This document shows, one piece after another, positions 1 through 22,529 of a DNA stretch of 64,000 nucleotides. Position 1 is the stretch's first letter. Each line of letters starts with the position of its first letter. A model generated the notes under the pieces. It worked only from the letters and a program-made list of their open reading frames with translations. It ran no database searches and was not told the origin of the DNA. The position numbers were made by a program, and so were the translations under genes. Source of the stretch: Vermamoeba vermiformis (lineage: Eukaryota); assembly GCA_045837725.1 (NCBI GenBank), contig JBEWZL010000077.1:620001-684000 (forward strand), read 5' to 3'.

Positions 1-364
1 AAAATGGGAGCGTTTAAATACACGAGTAGATTTCCTATTGTGATTAATATGGCTCTCTATTGGTTTTTAGTGCGAACAATGAATTTGCATTAAAAATCAG
101 CCGTCACTTTTCATGTCAATCACGAAACAGCGAGATTATTTTTAATTTCAATTCTTATAATAGACGCACATCACCTTCGCCTATCTGGCCAATCAAACCA
201 TAATAATCGGGCTTGGACACGTCCAAATACTGATTGCCACATCGAATCCAGGAGAGCTTTACAAGTTTAGCCAGTATTCATTAAAAGATAAGTATTATTA
301 ATTTGAGCGTGAGGTATTGCATTCATTGAAAATAACTTTGCAAAAATTTAGACTGATTTCATGT

Positions 365-2829
365 TTATTTTCGGATGTGTATCTCTTGTTCGTCCTCATT
401 ATCCAGCGATAACTCAACGGTATCAACATCAAGCTCGAGTTGATTATCTTGCTCTTGAAAAGTAATTTGTTGCAATTCGGTTGATTCAGTTTCGTTTGTA
501 TCTTCCGTATTGCTACTACTAATAAAGCCAATATTATCGTTATTATTATCCTTAATTTTAACGCGATCCAATGCTTCTTGCGTCGCTTTTTCCCAATCAA
601 TGCGAAGCACGTAGACAGTCACCGCGAGGGTCGCCATTATCAGGCCAACTGTGCCGGATGTAAGTAAAAGATAATAATGAAGTATTACAGAACGTACCAA
701 GGAGGCCGACCCAAACACCATAAACGCCCCAATCAAAATAAAAAGTTAAAAGAATGCCCAACGGAATGGCAAAAACATAGTGGGCCACGAACTGCGCCAC
801 TGTTCCTGGCATAGGTCTGCCAATTGCACGCAGGATTCCTGTTAAGGTAACGCTGATTCCATCCAACATTGCAACAGGAGCCGTCAGTGCCATCAACTTA
901 CTATAATATGGGATATATTAGTCCTATTCTAAGAGTTCTATAGGGTCATAAAATAGCACTCTGACACGTGTAAAAAAACTTGCATTCGAACTTACTCTGA
1001 TAATCCTATCGATGCTTCGTCGAATGTAAACGCCTTGGCGATAGGTGTTCTTAATAAATATAATACTGCTCCTTGAAAAGCCATCCACGAGATTGCTGAA
1101 ATGATAACCATTCGAGCGCATTTCTTGGCCTACAGCAATCCGTTAGAATAAGTCCAAGACAGCCGCTAATAATCTTACTGATTCGCTGTGACCAGCACCA
1201 AGCAATGCACCTACACGGGTTTGCCCACCGATTGACCAACTCAACTAAACCAAATCCGGATTAGATCTGCAACGGATTCGGTACCTCATACTTACTGGTA
1301 GAATGAAAGAGAATACTAAGACGTTATAGCATATCGAATGTGCTGCTAAAATAATTTCGTCGCCCAACAGACCAATCAACAACGCGATTCCTTCGAATGC
1401 AATGTTCTCGAACAAAATAGCAGCCATTGATGGAACACCGAGCTTCAAATATTCCCATATATTTTTCCAAGAAATAGATCTGCAATTATATATTATTAGT
1501 AAGAGCTACGCCAGTGAAAGATATTGCAAGATCAGTACTTACTCCTTGTAAAATCCGGTACATGTCGGCAAATGCAACTTCTTCATATATACATAGCCCC
1601 ATAATAGTATGGGCATTATAGTACGACTTATTGATGTTGACAGCGCCGCACCTAAATGTACAGGGTCAGATCCATTTCTTTACAAAATGTTTCACGGAAT
1701 GACGCGTGTCAAACGCAAGCTCGTACCGTCAAGTCCCCAACCGTTCCAATCACCAACGCCCCACACGAAAAACCATTTTATGCCTGCGTTAAATACCAGC
1801 GCGATAAATCCAACGACCATTGCCGGCGTCATGATCCACTGGTTCATTAAGTAACGAGATATGGTTCGATAATAAGCCATAGGCAACATGCCAATAATAC
1901 TCCACCTGTATAAAAATAATCAGTACCTCTTACTGAAATTTCTTTTTTGAGCAGATCTTTTCGGCTTACTGCGTGTACGTGCCAGCTAACCTTGCCAATT
2001 CTGGAGGCTAAATATTGCAAAAATTTAACGCACGTTGTACTAAAAAAGGAAAACACTATGTTTAGCATACCTGGTGTAACAGTACTAACAGCGGTTCAGT
2101 GAACCACCAAAAAACCATCACCGGTATTGTTGATAAAGTTACAATTAATAGCGATGTTTGAAACGAAGCGCCTATCAGTCTCCAGTTCTCTAAAGTACAA
2201 TTTACCATATTAGTACAACTTGCCAAATATGGTAATATCGATAAAAAAATTGAGTCTCGTTACGTACTTGCGCCGAATGCTTGCGAAACCAAAGTGTCCA
2301 ATGCAAAAATCAATCCTATTCAATAATGTTATGAGGTATATTATATTAGAATAAGCATATTATTTTATTACCAATTGGAATTGTAAACGAGAACCAGCCC
2401 CAAGATCCGGCAATACTCGCTGCTGCTAGTTCTGCGCCATGGTTACATCATCCACATGATATTATTTCAATTCTTTTAATGCTTACCTTTTGCTCCGATG
2501 TGACCCTAGCGAAAGAATGTCGTCAAAAAAGAAGCTTCGGTTGCAAAAAAAAATATCGAACAATAATTTGATTACTAAATAAATTTTACAATAATATGCC
2601 TTTTAATTAGCACTCCTGCAAGGCAAAATTTGGCTGATCCTTAGTTAGTTAAATTGGATCGGATTTGTGTTTTCGGTTTGCTTACCACAAAAAGTGTATC
2701 TGTGACAATCATAAATAATCTAGCAAATTCTGCGACTAAAACTGGAAATGCGGCTTTCAAAATTGTCCATAACTCGGATTTAGCGCTCGTGTAACCCACG
2801 ATCTCTTCTGTTGCACGCTTATTTCGCAT
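365..2829 (-). CDS. MATE-family (SLC47/DTX-like) multidrug and toxin efflux transporter, multi-exon
   Basis: Exon translations ELWTILKAAFPV, KLGVPSMAAILFENIAFE..LAAHSI, DGISVTLTGILRAIGRP..HYVFAIPLG..GVYGVWVGL and RIDWEKA match the typical eukaryotic MATE layout. Introns are GT-AG, e.g. 1906-1969. Confidence 0.9.
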
Positions 2830-3037
2830 TATATTTATTAAAGTTTAGAATAAATACTAATTAGAAGTGCATTGTCGTTATCCAAAATCATATAATAGAA
2901 AATCTATTGAAATCACTCGTTTTTGGTTTTTGCGCGCGAACTGATCTCGAAAATTTCTCTTTATCAAAGTGTATCTGTACATTTTCGCAGTATGCGAAAT
3001 TGCTATTGACTAATTACATCGAATAAATAACACGTTT

Positions 3038-6000
3038 TTAAGCGTTTAAAGTCGTAGAGGCTTCCGTAGCGGCGACAACTTTTGGAGTGGGAATATTTTC
3101 AACACTTTCCTTCAGATCTGACCAAAAACGTTAGAATATATGGAAAATATTATATGCGTGTATAATCTTAAACTTACCTTTCTTTTCAGAAAGTTCGTCT
3201 TTCTTTTCGGATGTTGAGTTGGAAGTGGTTCCGTTTACTTGACTCTTCTCAGCATGTTCCTTATTAATTTGAATATCGACGTCTTCTTTTTCCTCTGAGG
3301 AGTTGGACTCGTCGATTGATAAGTCCTCGTTGTCCTTGTCAACATACTGTTCGATGTATTCGTCTCGTTTCTCGACAGGCAAGAACGGATTATCCGAAGT
3401 GACGAGCTGTTCAATAGTTTGTTTATGAAACGGATGTTTCTTTGTTTCAGTTTCGACCTGAGCGAGAGTAGGTTTGGTGAACCTCCGCAACTCCCAGGCC
3501 CACTGTACGGCCCAAATAGATAAAGGACGCATGTAGCCGATAGCGCGGTATCGGCCTTCAGTGTCCCATGCCTATAAAAGGAAATCGCTATTAGTATCGT
3601 TCTATACACTAAAGGTGTCAGCTACAACATGCCACGTGCCACCACGATCGTTGAAAATTCTCACGCGCAGGAAAAAATGAGTAAAAAGTACGTACCTCGG
3701 GTGTCTGGAAAGCATAGCCTTGACGATAGTAAGTCACATCGACAACGCCCTTCAATGTTTTGAAACCTTCTTCAATGAGGCCTTCCTGGATCATAGCCCT
3801 ACGAACAGATTAAGTTAATATTGTGAGGTTCAGTGAACCGTTGATAAAACTTACGCGGCAACGCCGTAAGTAGTGCCAGTCCAAACTTCAGCAGATTGCA
3901 TGCTAGATTTGTCAACAGAGCCGCTCAATCTCATGCCGTTCATAGCACCCATCGTTCCGTTCTTGAACTTCATGACATTGTTTTCAAAGATTGTGGCCAA
4001 TGCTTTACGTGCATTCTCGGGCGGAACAACGTCACCGAGACCACAAGCCTTGCTGTACCATTGACCGGCCAACATGTCCGCTTGAATGGAGTCAAAGTGC
4101 TTGCTCTTAGACTCGTCGTAGTTGTAGTAACTTCCATTCCAAAGCTTATGTTCGTAGACGTCCTTCGCCTTGTCAAACCACTCGGTGTAATGTTGCTTCA
4201 ATTCCTCTTCTTCAAGAACTGACGCCATTTGTGCCATGGCCTTGAGCGCGGCAAGCCATAAACCACCGCAATAGGCACTGACTCCTGTGGCTGCCCAAGC
4301 ATCGTACGTTTGATCGGGAAAACCTCCGTTCTCGATCATGCAATCACCGTCCGTGTCAAATTGTTCCGAGTAACGCATGACTTTAACCATAATGGGCCAC
4401 AATTCTACGAAGAAAGAGGTCAGATCAAGTTTCGTTTTTAAAAATCTCCGTGATTTTTTTACCTTTCAAGAATCTCTTCTCGCGGGTCACGTAATAATCT
4501 CGGTAGATTTGCAAAACAAACTTTGAGTTTAAATCTTTCCAGTGGTCAATACGTTGGAAGTTGTACGCGTTTGGCAACTTGAACGGATCTTCGCCAGGAT
4601 TGCCGATGTCGTGCGGAACACAGTCCTTGGCCTTACGCTCCATCGTATCGCCGGTATGCAGCGCCATTCTTTGCGTCGGAATTTCTTCTAGAGTGGCCTT
4701 CCCAATATCGCGCTAAAAGATCGCTCATGTAAGTCACCATATAAGGCAAAAAAAGTATCGTAAAGGTACACACCTGCAATGACAACTCCAACATGGGCCA
4801 TAACATTGCCAGAGCAAAAGAGGCGTAGAAATGCACGTCGTACGTGTTTAACATCAAGTATTCGTGGCCTTCCAAGTAAGCAAAGTGACCCATATAGTTC
4901 TCTTCCGACTGACAGTGCTTGCGTTCGGTTTCTGGATCCGCTGGACATCCGTTCGTCCAAATGGTACCACCATCAGTAATAAAGTATAATTCGTTGAATA
5001 ATGCCATTTTGTAGTAATGTGGCATCTCAGGATCTAAATAAAATGTCAATCTATGCACGTTCACTGAAAATTTATCAACTTACCATTAATGATTGGATCT
5101 TGCCATTTTTCGATTTCTTTCTCCCATTCACGCCAAGAATAGATCGCATCTTGAGCAATTTGAACAGCAGCATCACCGTCTGTACCATAGAAGCGAGTGT
5201 ACCGACGGTAATATGCATTGCCAGAATAAAATCGGATCAAGGGACAATCCCAAGACAAAGCGAATTCAAAAGTAGCTGTTTGGCCTGCTTTGACCTAAAT
5301 AAATAATAATTAGATTTCACGTAATTATTTCAAATTTAAAAAATGAATACGCACGACTTTCTTGATCGCAACAGCAGATGCGTAAATTTCGCCTTTTTGA
5401 GAAACATCGGACTCTTCTTCTTTAAAGTCCAAGACGCCAGAGTCTGAAAATTGTTGCCACAAGTTCTCAGCAGAAGTTTTATCGTTCGCGAGCCACTTTG
5501 ATTTGAACGAGACCAGCGAGTCTTTGTCCTCCTTGTCGATCTTAGTAACGACTGCAAAAGACAGCGGGTCTCTGTGAGTGACGTCTGCCGGCTTTGCCTT
5601 CTTGCCGTTCTCCGTGACACTTGCCACTTGACGCGAGGTCTGGCGCCAATCGTGGTTCAACAGCACACCGCAGATTTCATCGAAGTTCTCGACGACATCG
5701 CGCTTGGCTTCTTTATCTTCGACAGGCAGAATACGTTCAGTGTTGACGATATCGTGCTCGTCAATGTTGTTCTTGGCTCCATTGGCACCGCACGACTCGC
5801 TGTTGCATCCACCGTTCTTGTCGTTCGAGGTGTCAATGTTGTTGTTCTCCATTTCTTCCTTGGATTGTTTTTTGACCTTCTGTCTGAAGCTCTTATTCTG
5901 GTGGCCGGCTTCTTTGTCAACTTGATCGCCTGTGCCGTTCTGCCACGTGAACATGATAGACACCTCTTTGTCGGTTTGTGAGGTGTTTTCCTTTAACGAG

Positions 6001-7448
6001 TTAGGCCTATATTAATATGGTAATATGAAGTACTTACCACCGTCCATACGAAGACACCAACGGGGTAACTGCTTTCCTTGTAGTTGTGAGGTAAAATAGG
6101 CGACAACTGCTTGCACGTCACTTTCAAGTCTGGATCCGGCTCGCCGTTGTAGACATTCCAAGAACGCGGAAACAAAGCGTGATACTCGGTATTATTGCCT
6201 TGAATTCCATTCCAATTCCACGATTGCAACGGTGATTTCTGCACGGAATTAGATTTTGACACTTTGACACGCGTCATGTTTTAAAGATGTCAACACTTAC
6301 CTTATCCAAATCCTTTCTTCCGTTTAATACAGCAGCACGTTTCTAAGAAAGGATTGTTAGCGAAAATTGGTTTGTTTGCAAGACAAAAAAATTATCGGAG
6401 AAATTCACTTACGCCGTCCGGAAGCACCTGATATTTCTTCTTTGACTTTTTGGATCTCTTCTTAGTTTTTCTTTTTAACTTGCCACTAGCGGTCATTGAG
6501 CCACTAGCACTCAGAGAGGCGCTAGAATTTAAAGAGCTTGGACCACTCGCAGTTGATCCTGAAGTGTCCGATCCAAAACTGCTATCCTTTTGGCAGACAA
6601 TAGGTGCGCTATATATAGAAAATTGATTGGCATCCACGATTCGGTAATTTACAATGCCTCCAGGAACTAAAGTCCATCTGACAAAAAACAAGGTTAAAAT
6701 TCAAATATTTTTAGGTCGAAAAGCAATTTCCAAATACCTGCAGAAGTCGCCTCGCCAGCCTCTATTAATAGCACCGCTTCCAATGCCACCGATCGGCACA
6801 CCCATGATAGATCCTAAAAAGGAAAATCAGCAACAAATTCAACTGAACAAAGTCCGTTACCAATTTAATGGTAAATCCTCAAATATGCTGCGTAACATCA
6901 AGGGTAAAACATGCAGCCAATAAGGTATCGCGATAAGATCATTCTATCGAAATTTCAAGTTTTGCAAATCCGGATGTGTTATTATTACGAGCTGAATCAA
7001 TTATTAATACGCACCAATGGGCTTCAATGGATCTACTAGAGGATCCATCATAGGCAATCGCCCCTCGGAGCGTTCTTGTTTAATGTAGCGCCATAAACGC
7101 CAAGCTGATTTTAACATGGAAATGGCTTGCATCGGAGTGACCTAATAGTATTATATATAATTACTATACGTGAAAAATACCATTGTGTACTGATAATATA
7201 GAGAATTATGATGTACAAAGCGAGTTAATAATTTTTTAATAATTTTTAAAGACAGATCCGAAAGTTCTCGTTTGACACGGCCTTACCTTAAATTCCTTTA
7301 CGGGCATTAATTCATCGCCATATTGTCTGACCCATGTGCACTTAGGAATGCCCTCGGGTCGCTCACCCTTCGCGTCAAAAGTATTTACGAGCGTATCCGG
7401 GTTTAATTTCGGAGCACCACTCGTCGTTGTAACATTCGTATTATTCAT
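3038..7448 (-). CDS. GBA2: Non-lysosomal glucosylceramidase (GH116, GBA2-like), multi-exon
   Basis: Motifs [84 protein letters not shown] and [11 protein letters not shown]. Confidence 0.95.
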
Positions 7449-7930
7449 TCGTGGTAACTTCGTATTGCGTGTAAAAATTATGTGTTGCGCATTGTTCGGG
7501 TCGCAATCATAAACTGCTCATGAATTTTGATCTATTTTCAGTGAATTCTAGAGAACTATTCCAAAACAAAAATATCGGGCACAACTCACGTTAAACGCTA
7601 TCGTAGAAATCAAACCCGTGCATACCGATCTTCATCTAAGCAGCGCGTAAAGCTCATCTTGATCTCGATCTTCCACATCCCTTTGCTCTTTGCCTCAATT
7701 ATTGCACAAGAAAGAAAAAAGCTTTTCGGGGAGAATTTCAACAAAATGCCTGAACTGGGCGCGGCTAGCTTCATTTTTTTTTGTGGGAACTCGAAAAACA
7801 TTGGAAACTGTTCACCCGTCAAAAATATTGTTTGATAAATTAGATAGAAGGCACCACAGATACACAGGTAAAATATTGTTAAAGAATTTTAATTAGAGGC
7901 ATTTCTAACGATTTTTTCGGTTCTCACCAG

Positions 7931-9634
7931 ATGAGAAAAGCAGCACGTAAGCAGAAAAAATTGGCTAAATTAGAATCAAAAGAAAAAGAGTCATTGCTAG
8001 TTAAAACATCTATAGAACTGCCAGAATTGAAGGAATTGAGCATATATTCAGCTCGCAGTCGATCCGTATTCAACCCAAGTGGCGGGATTTTAGCAGCCCC
8101 CCACGACTATCCTGGCATTGCGTACGCTATCTCACGGAGCAATATATTGCATAAATTAAATTGCCAGAGTGACATCAAGTTACTCGAATGCATTAACGAA
8201 GCGTTAAAGATCAACACATCCATCAAATTTCTCACTTTTACCCATCACTTCGTAACGACGGAAGATTTAAATCCCTATATGCAAGCATTTTTTCCAATAA
8301 TTCGAGACATATTACAGTATAACAACTTGACAACGTGCAACGTTCTATTTGACGCAACTTTTCCCGCACCCCCCAACATCGATTCAGAATTAATTATTGG
8401 CCTAAAAAACAACACGAGCCTGACTTCATTAACAATGCCAAGCTATAGATATACACCAGAATCAATGCACGCATTGGCAGATGTCATTAGTAATCACCCG
8501 AACCTGGTAGATCTGACCTTCTTTTCGGGACATCAAGCCTCGAAGGATGGATGGAAATATATGGCTAGTATCGTACTCTCCAATCGCTTGCGTAAACTAT
8601 CCTTTGGAACGAGATACAATGTTTGGAAAGATACTTTCGGTCCCGTTTTTGACGCCCTTCAACACAACACATCATTGACGTTTCTGTCATTCGAACAACA
8701 AGGCGCGGGCCTACGTGACGAATGTTCTATTTCAGAGGCCGAGTGCGACGTACTATCCAACTCGTTACGTGCAAATCAAACACTCACTAAGTTAAACATC
8801 AATGGCATGAAACTCGGATCCAACAAAATGTCAAAAATTTTCGACGCGCTACAGCACCACACAGCACTAACAGATCTCAATTTCTGGGAAAAAAACAAAT
8901 TGGATGCAGATATTGCGCCGTCTCTTGGCGCCTTCTTGCAAGTCAACGAGTCGTTAACAGAGTTGGATCTGTCTTATTCTAACATCACAGCTGAAGCTTG
9001 TCAACATTTCGGACCGGCGCTGAAAAACAACCGATCGATTACATCACTCAACTTGTTCATGAATCCTATTTGTTCTGAAGGCTGCAAATATCTCGCTGAA
9101 GGATTGAAATTTAACAAGGCGTTGATCCGTGTCAACCTCAAGGACTGCAAGATCCAAGACGGAGGATGTGTCTATTTAGGAGAGGCAATCAAAACGAACC
9201 AATGCTTATTGCATCTTGATATTAGCGGCCATGAAATCAAAACTGAAGGATATAAAGCACTAATCGAAGGAATGAAAGAGAATGATTCGTTGACAGATCT
9301 GACACTCTCAAAAGACAGATCCGTGCCAAGCGAACTTCACGATGAAATTGTGACTATTCAAAATAGAAACAGGCAATATCAGCGAGAGCTGAAAGTGACT
9401 ACGATTACAATGTTGATCCAGATCGCACGTTCAGATGCGTTTGACATGTTTCCATTGGAGATATGGCTTCGCATATTCAAGCACTTTGTATGCGGAGGTG
9501 TGCCAGGCTTCAATCACATTGCTGAATCGATATTGATGCACTCGGATGTGGTGGATCTGACATCGTTGTGTAAAATGAGAATTGTCAGAATCAACGGCAA
9601 GAGCCATCTTGTACAAAAGAATACAGATGAATAA
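7931..9634 (+). CDS. Intronless RNI-like leucine-rich repeat protein with C-terminal F-box-like motif
   Basis: 567 aa ORF with 28-residue LRRs (LKxNxSLTxLxLxxNxI) and C-terminal FPLEIWLRIF. Confidence 0.85.
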   Translation: MRKAARKQKKLAKLESKEKESLLVKTSIELPELKELSIYSARSRSVFNPSGGILAAPHDYPGIAYAISRSNILHKLNCQSDIKLLECINEALKINTSIKFLTFTHHFVTTEDLNPYMQAFFPIIRDILQYNNLTTCNVLFDATFPAPPNIDSELIIGLKNNTSLTSLTMPSYRYTPESMHALADVISNHPNLVDLTFFSGHQASKDGWKYMASIVLSNRLRKLSFGTRYNVWKDTFGPVFDALQHNTSLTFLSFEQQGAGLRDECSISEAECDVLSNSLRANQTLTKLNINGMKLGSNKMSKIFDALQHHTALTDLNFWEKNKLDADIAPSLGAFLQVNESLTELDLSYSNITAEACQHFGPALKNNRSITSLNLFMNPICSEGCKYLAEGLKFNKALIRVNLKDCKIQDGGCVYLGEAIKTNQCLLHLDISGHEIKTEGYKALIEGMKENDSLTDLTLSKDRSVPSELHDEIVTIQNRNRQYQRELKVTTITMLIQIARSDAFDMFPLEIWLRIFKHFVCGGVPGFNHIAESILMHSDVVDLTSLCKMRIVRINGKSHLVQKNTDE

Positions 9635-9968
9635 AAGAATAGAATTTCCTATTAGTTTAATATTTATTTTTGTTGTGTCATTTATTTGGGACCAGAAGTT
9701 CGCTGTCAAAAATATTTTAGGACACCACAAGAGGTTAGTCTTATTAGATTATGAACGTTTAAGACATTCCTTCGTATTGAAAAAGAGCATTGTAGCAATA
9801 TTGCAAAAGCGTTCTATCTTTTTTCTGGGGATGATGGGACCGAATGTGTACTCTTTTTTAATCGTCGCGAAAAAACCGCGCAGCGTAATGACCGTCGATA
9901 ATTAATGACCACGAAGGATATTTGTTCTATAATTAATTATAGCGATCGGATCCAGAAAGAAGATAGTA

Positions 9969-11621
9969 ATGAAACATTTAAAATACGCTCGTACGAACCA
10001 AGCCACCAAAAAATTGCCAGCTATACCCGTCAGAGATCTGATATTAACAAAGAAAATAATTCATATCTCTACCATCAATGATCGTTCATCTTTTAGCCTG
10101 CAAGATCCGTCTAGCCATACGACAATTTATTTGGCAAAAGGAGATTATAGCGACATCGCCCAAGCAATTGAAGAGAGCGAAATTTTGAAGCATTTAGAAT
10201 GTAGAATTAATCCTGCCTTCTCCTTGCAACTTTGCAATGCTCTGAAAGTGAACAAATCCGTTCGATCTCTCAAGATCTCCCCGCCAAAACTCAATACCCA
10301 GCCTCACTTCGTCATCAACCCTCTTTTGGACGCTTTAGGTGAATTATTGTCGGTTAACAATTGCTTGACTCGGCTAGACTTATCATCAAGCGAGTTTTAC
10401 GAAAAAAAGAATGATCTGTTCCTCAAGTTCGCCAATGGACTCAAAAACAACACAACGTTGAAGTACTTGTCAATGCCAGATATCAATTATGGAGTAGAAG
10501 ACATTACACCGGTCATTGAAGCGATCAAAAATCATCCTGAATTAAAACCTGCAACGACCAAATTTCAATTAGGTCCGTGGAAACGCCAAAATGAAGCTTT
10601 GGCACTATTAATTAAAGGAAATGTCATTGACGAGCTCACGATAACAAAATATTATTTTAGTTCAGAACAGAGTATTATTCCTTTTTTTGAAGTGCTCCAA
10701 GAAAACACTTCGATAACGGATCTGCGCCTAGCATGTAATCTAACTGCAGAAGAAGTGAATGTCTTTGCCGATGCACTTAATCTCAATCACTCCTTGACAA
10801 AGCTGGACCTCAATAAAAACAAACTTGGATCCTGTCACCTGTCAAAAATTCTCAACTCACTATTACATCACCCTTCACTGACGCTACTCACATTCTGCGA
10901 TAACAACTTAACAAACAATATTTCACCATCAATAGGATCATTAATAGAGATGAATTCATTGACACAATTGGATCTGAGAGAAATTGGAATCACCGCAGAA
11001 GGTTGCAAATTTATTGGACCAGCGCTAGCAAAGAACAAATCGATCACGTGGGTAAATTTATCTAAAAACCCCATTGAACTGGAAGGCCTTAAATGTCTGA
11101 CCAAAGGCCTCAAGCACAATAAGACATTAATTGGCTTAAGTTTACATGACTGCGGGATTGGTGAAGAAGGCTGCAAATACATTGGAAAGGCTCTCGCAAG
11201 AAACAACGGCTTATTACAATTAGATATTTCATCTTCGGAAATTAATATCAACGGATACAACGCTTTGATCAAAGGATTAGAACAAAACACTTCGTTAACT
11301 TATTTAAATGTGATAGCTGATCGATTAGTCGCTAAAAAAAGACGAGATTTGGTCACGAAAATTCTCGCGAAGAACAAACAACAGCGAAAAGACCTCATCG
11401 TGAACGGCTTTACAGCTTTGATCCAGATCGCTCGATCTTTTTCCAACAGTTTGTTTCCTTTGGAGATCTGGCTTAGAATCTTCGAATACCTCTCATGCGG
11501 TGCAGTACCTAGCTTCAAATACATCGCTGAAAAGATTCTGATGGACGCGGACGTCCGAGATCTGAAGACTTTATGCAAAATGAAAATTGGAAGAATCAAC
11601 GGAAATAGCCATTTAATGTAA
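9969..11621 (+). CDS. Intronless RNI-like LRR protein, tandem paralog of 7931-9634
   Basis: 550 aa ORF with the same LRRs. Its C-terminus (LIQIARS..FPLEIWLRIF..CG.VP.F..IAE.ILM..LCKM.I.RING.SHL) closely matches the upstream copy. Confidence 0.85.
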   Translation: MKHLKYARTNQATKKLPAIPVRDLILTKKIIHISTINDRSSFSLQDPSSHTTIYLAKGDYSDIAQAIEESEILKHLECRINPAFSLQLCNALKVNKSVRSLKISPPKLNTQPHFVINPLLDALGELLSVNNCLTRLDLSSSEFYEKKNDLFLKFANGLKNNTTLKYLSMPDINYGVEDITPVIEAIKNHPELKPATTKFQLGPWKRQNEALALLIKGNVIDELTITKYYFSSEQSIIPFFEVLQENTSITDLRLACNLTAEEVNVFADALNLNHSLTKLDLNKNKLGSCHLSKILNSLLHHPSLTLLTFCDNNLTNNISPSIGSLIEMNSLTQLDLREIGITAEGCKFIGPALAKNKSITWVNLSKNPIELEGLKCLTKGLKHNKTLIGLSLHDCGIGEEGCKYIGKALARNNGLLQLDISSSEININGYNALIKGLEQNTSLTYLNVIADRLVAKKRRDLVTKILAKNKQQRKDLIVNGFTALIQIARSFSNSLFPLEIWLRIFEYLSCGAVPSFKYIAEKILMDADVRDLKTLCKMKIGRINGNSHLM

Positions 11622-11710
11622 CCAAAGTTATATATATCACCAACATTTATAATTAAATATCAATTGCTAAGGAGCTGCCTTTATTCCATTATGTACAACA
11701 AAACTTGTCT

Positions 11711-20467
<8,757 letters not shown>

Positions 20468-21052
20468 TTGGTCATGAGAGGAGCCTGTATTACGATCTAT
20501 AGTTTGGCTAAAAAGACGAAAAAGCGACCCTAAAAAAAGAACAGAAACGAAATCATTTTGATACGCCTCGTTCAATGAAACAAACACAAATATATTGTTG
20601 TAACTCCACCCATAACATTTTAAATCATTCAATGGATTATTAATCGAGGAATAAACACTTGTGCACGCACCGCAAAGCGTGAATCTGAAACACATTATCG
20701 GACCAACCCGACTCAGTTCTTAAGTAAGCCCTATTATCCACCGTTTAATTTTCAATTGTAAAATTACATCATTCGTCATGTTGCGTATTTTATACTAATT
20801 TTTTTTTCTTTCTGGTTGGGAATTTGCTTCATTATTCGACCTAAAAATTACCATAAATAGACCATTACGCGACATTATTGCCGTATTCCCAACTCACGAT
20901 TTTTACGTGTGCCTTTTTGGCTAAATCCAAAAATTTACTGAAAATTACCTGCAATGCCCCTCGATTTTCTTGAGAGTGCCAGCGCCGTTTTACTCAATAT
21001 AAGATGTCGTTACGCGATTCGTTATTTCAATAACTTTATGACAATTGACAAC

Positions 21053-22087
21053 ATGTCTCGCATTAAAACTGCCTTCAATGCTACATCTCTGCGCCAATAC
21101 TTCGTTGAGTTCTTGGGCACGCTTCTCTTCGTGTTCATGGCCACCGGCGTCGTAGTGTCTACCACTTACGTTGGCGGAATGAACTCAGGCGCCATTGTGG
21201 CTATTGGCCTTGGATTCGGATTTAGCTTAGCGGCGATGATTTTCGCAGCTGCTAATTACTCAGGGGGTCATATTAATCCAGCAGTCACTGCTGCGTTTAT
21301 GGTGACAAACGACATTCACTTCTTAAAAGGCATCTTCTACATTCTATCGCAACTCGCTGGAGCAATGGTCGGATCTGCTTTACTTCGTGCAACTACACCA
21401 GAAGTTGGTAAGCTCGACATATCTCAATATATGACCCACCTTTGTAATGATACTCATAACTTTTGTTTTAAGCTTGGAGAGCTGCCAACTTGGGCGCAAC
21501 GAAAATTAGCGCAGATCTATCTCTCGCTTCTGCGGTATTCTTCGAGTTGATTATCACTTTTGTGCTCGTGTATACCGTGTATACTACCGTAGATGTACCT
21601 AAAAGTAAGTATTAGGTTGCTTGTAGCTTCAAATTTATGTGCGCATGATCTCGAACCAAAAACTTACCGTTACAACAGAAAAAGATGGTGGTGTTGGCAA
21701 ATTGGCTGCTATGGCTGTTGGTCTCGCTGTGCTTGCTTGCCATTTAGTAGGAGCACCATTCACTGGTCCTTCACTGAATCCTGCTAGAAGTTTTGTAAGT
21801 GTCAAGGACGCGCCACATCCAGGGAAACACAGTTCCAGCGCTTTCTATACTAGTATAGCGCTCATAATGCTAATTGTTCGCTATCTCAGGGACCTGCAGT
21901 CGTGTCGGGCTATTGGCAGAATCACTGGGTCTATTGGGTCGGTCCTTTGGCCGGCGGAATACTCGCGGGCGTGATCTTCAAATACATCTTGATGAATAAG
22001 ATGCCGTGGCAGCAGAACCCTAATTCAACGCAGTCTACTCAACCCGATAAGGCTGACGAAGATAAACAAGGAGATGAAATGGCTTGA
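21053..22087 (+). CDS. Aquaporin / major intrinsic protein, multi-exon
   Basis: EFLGT, SGGHINPAVT, GPSLNPARSF and HWVYWVGP motifs, including both NPA boxes. Confidence 0.95.
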
Positions 22088-22529
22088 ACAATTCAAAAGC
22101 AATGAATGACGGATTGATCAAAAATATTTTTTAAAATTGTAAATAATAGCTTGCTGGCTTCTGTAAATAATTTTCTTAACGTAAAATAAGAATCACAATC
22201 ATATAGTCATTAATAATAATATTTATACCTGTCAGAACGCTCGTTTGAGTTTTGAGGTAACGGTCACTTTTGCTGATCCGATCTTGCGGCTTTTTCGGTC
22301 CTGAGTTCTCATAATCTTATAAGATTCTATAGGCAAGGAATGTTCTAGGCGCTGACTCGTTACCCAAATATAGCCGATGACTGTGCATTTCAGCTTCTTT
22401 CGAATTACAAAATATCGAAAAAACCTCCGCTCCGTTTTTTCGGCCTTTTTTTTTCTTTTCCTCCCTAGGCAGTTAACCAACGCAGCTCTCGAGCGTACAA
22501 CACGGCATTAATACTATAATCACAACACA

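Noticed and set aside
20954-21052. N-terminal extension of the aquaporin ORF from an upstream ATG
   Set aside because: The extension has no MIP similarity. ATG 21053 lies just before the first helix and is preferred, though unproven.
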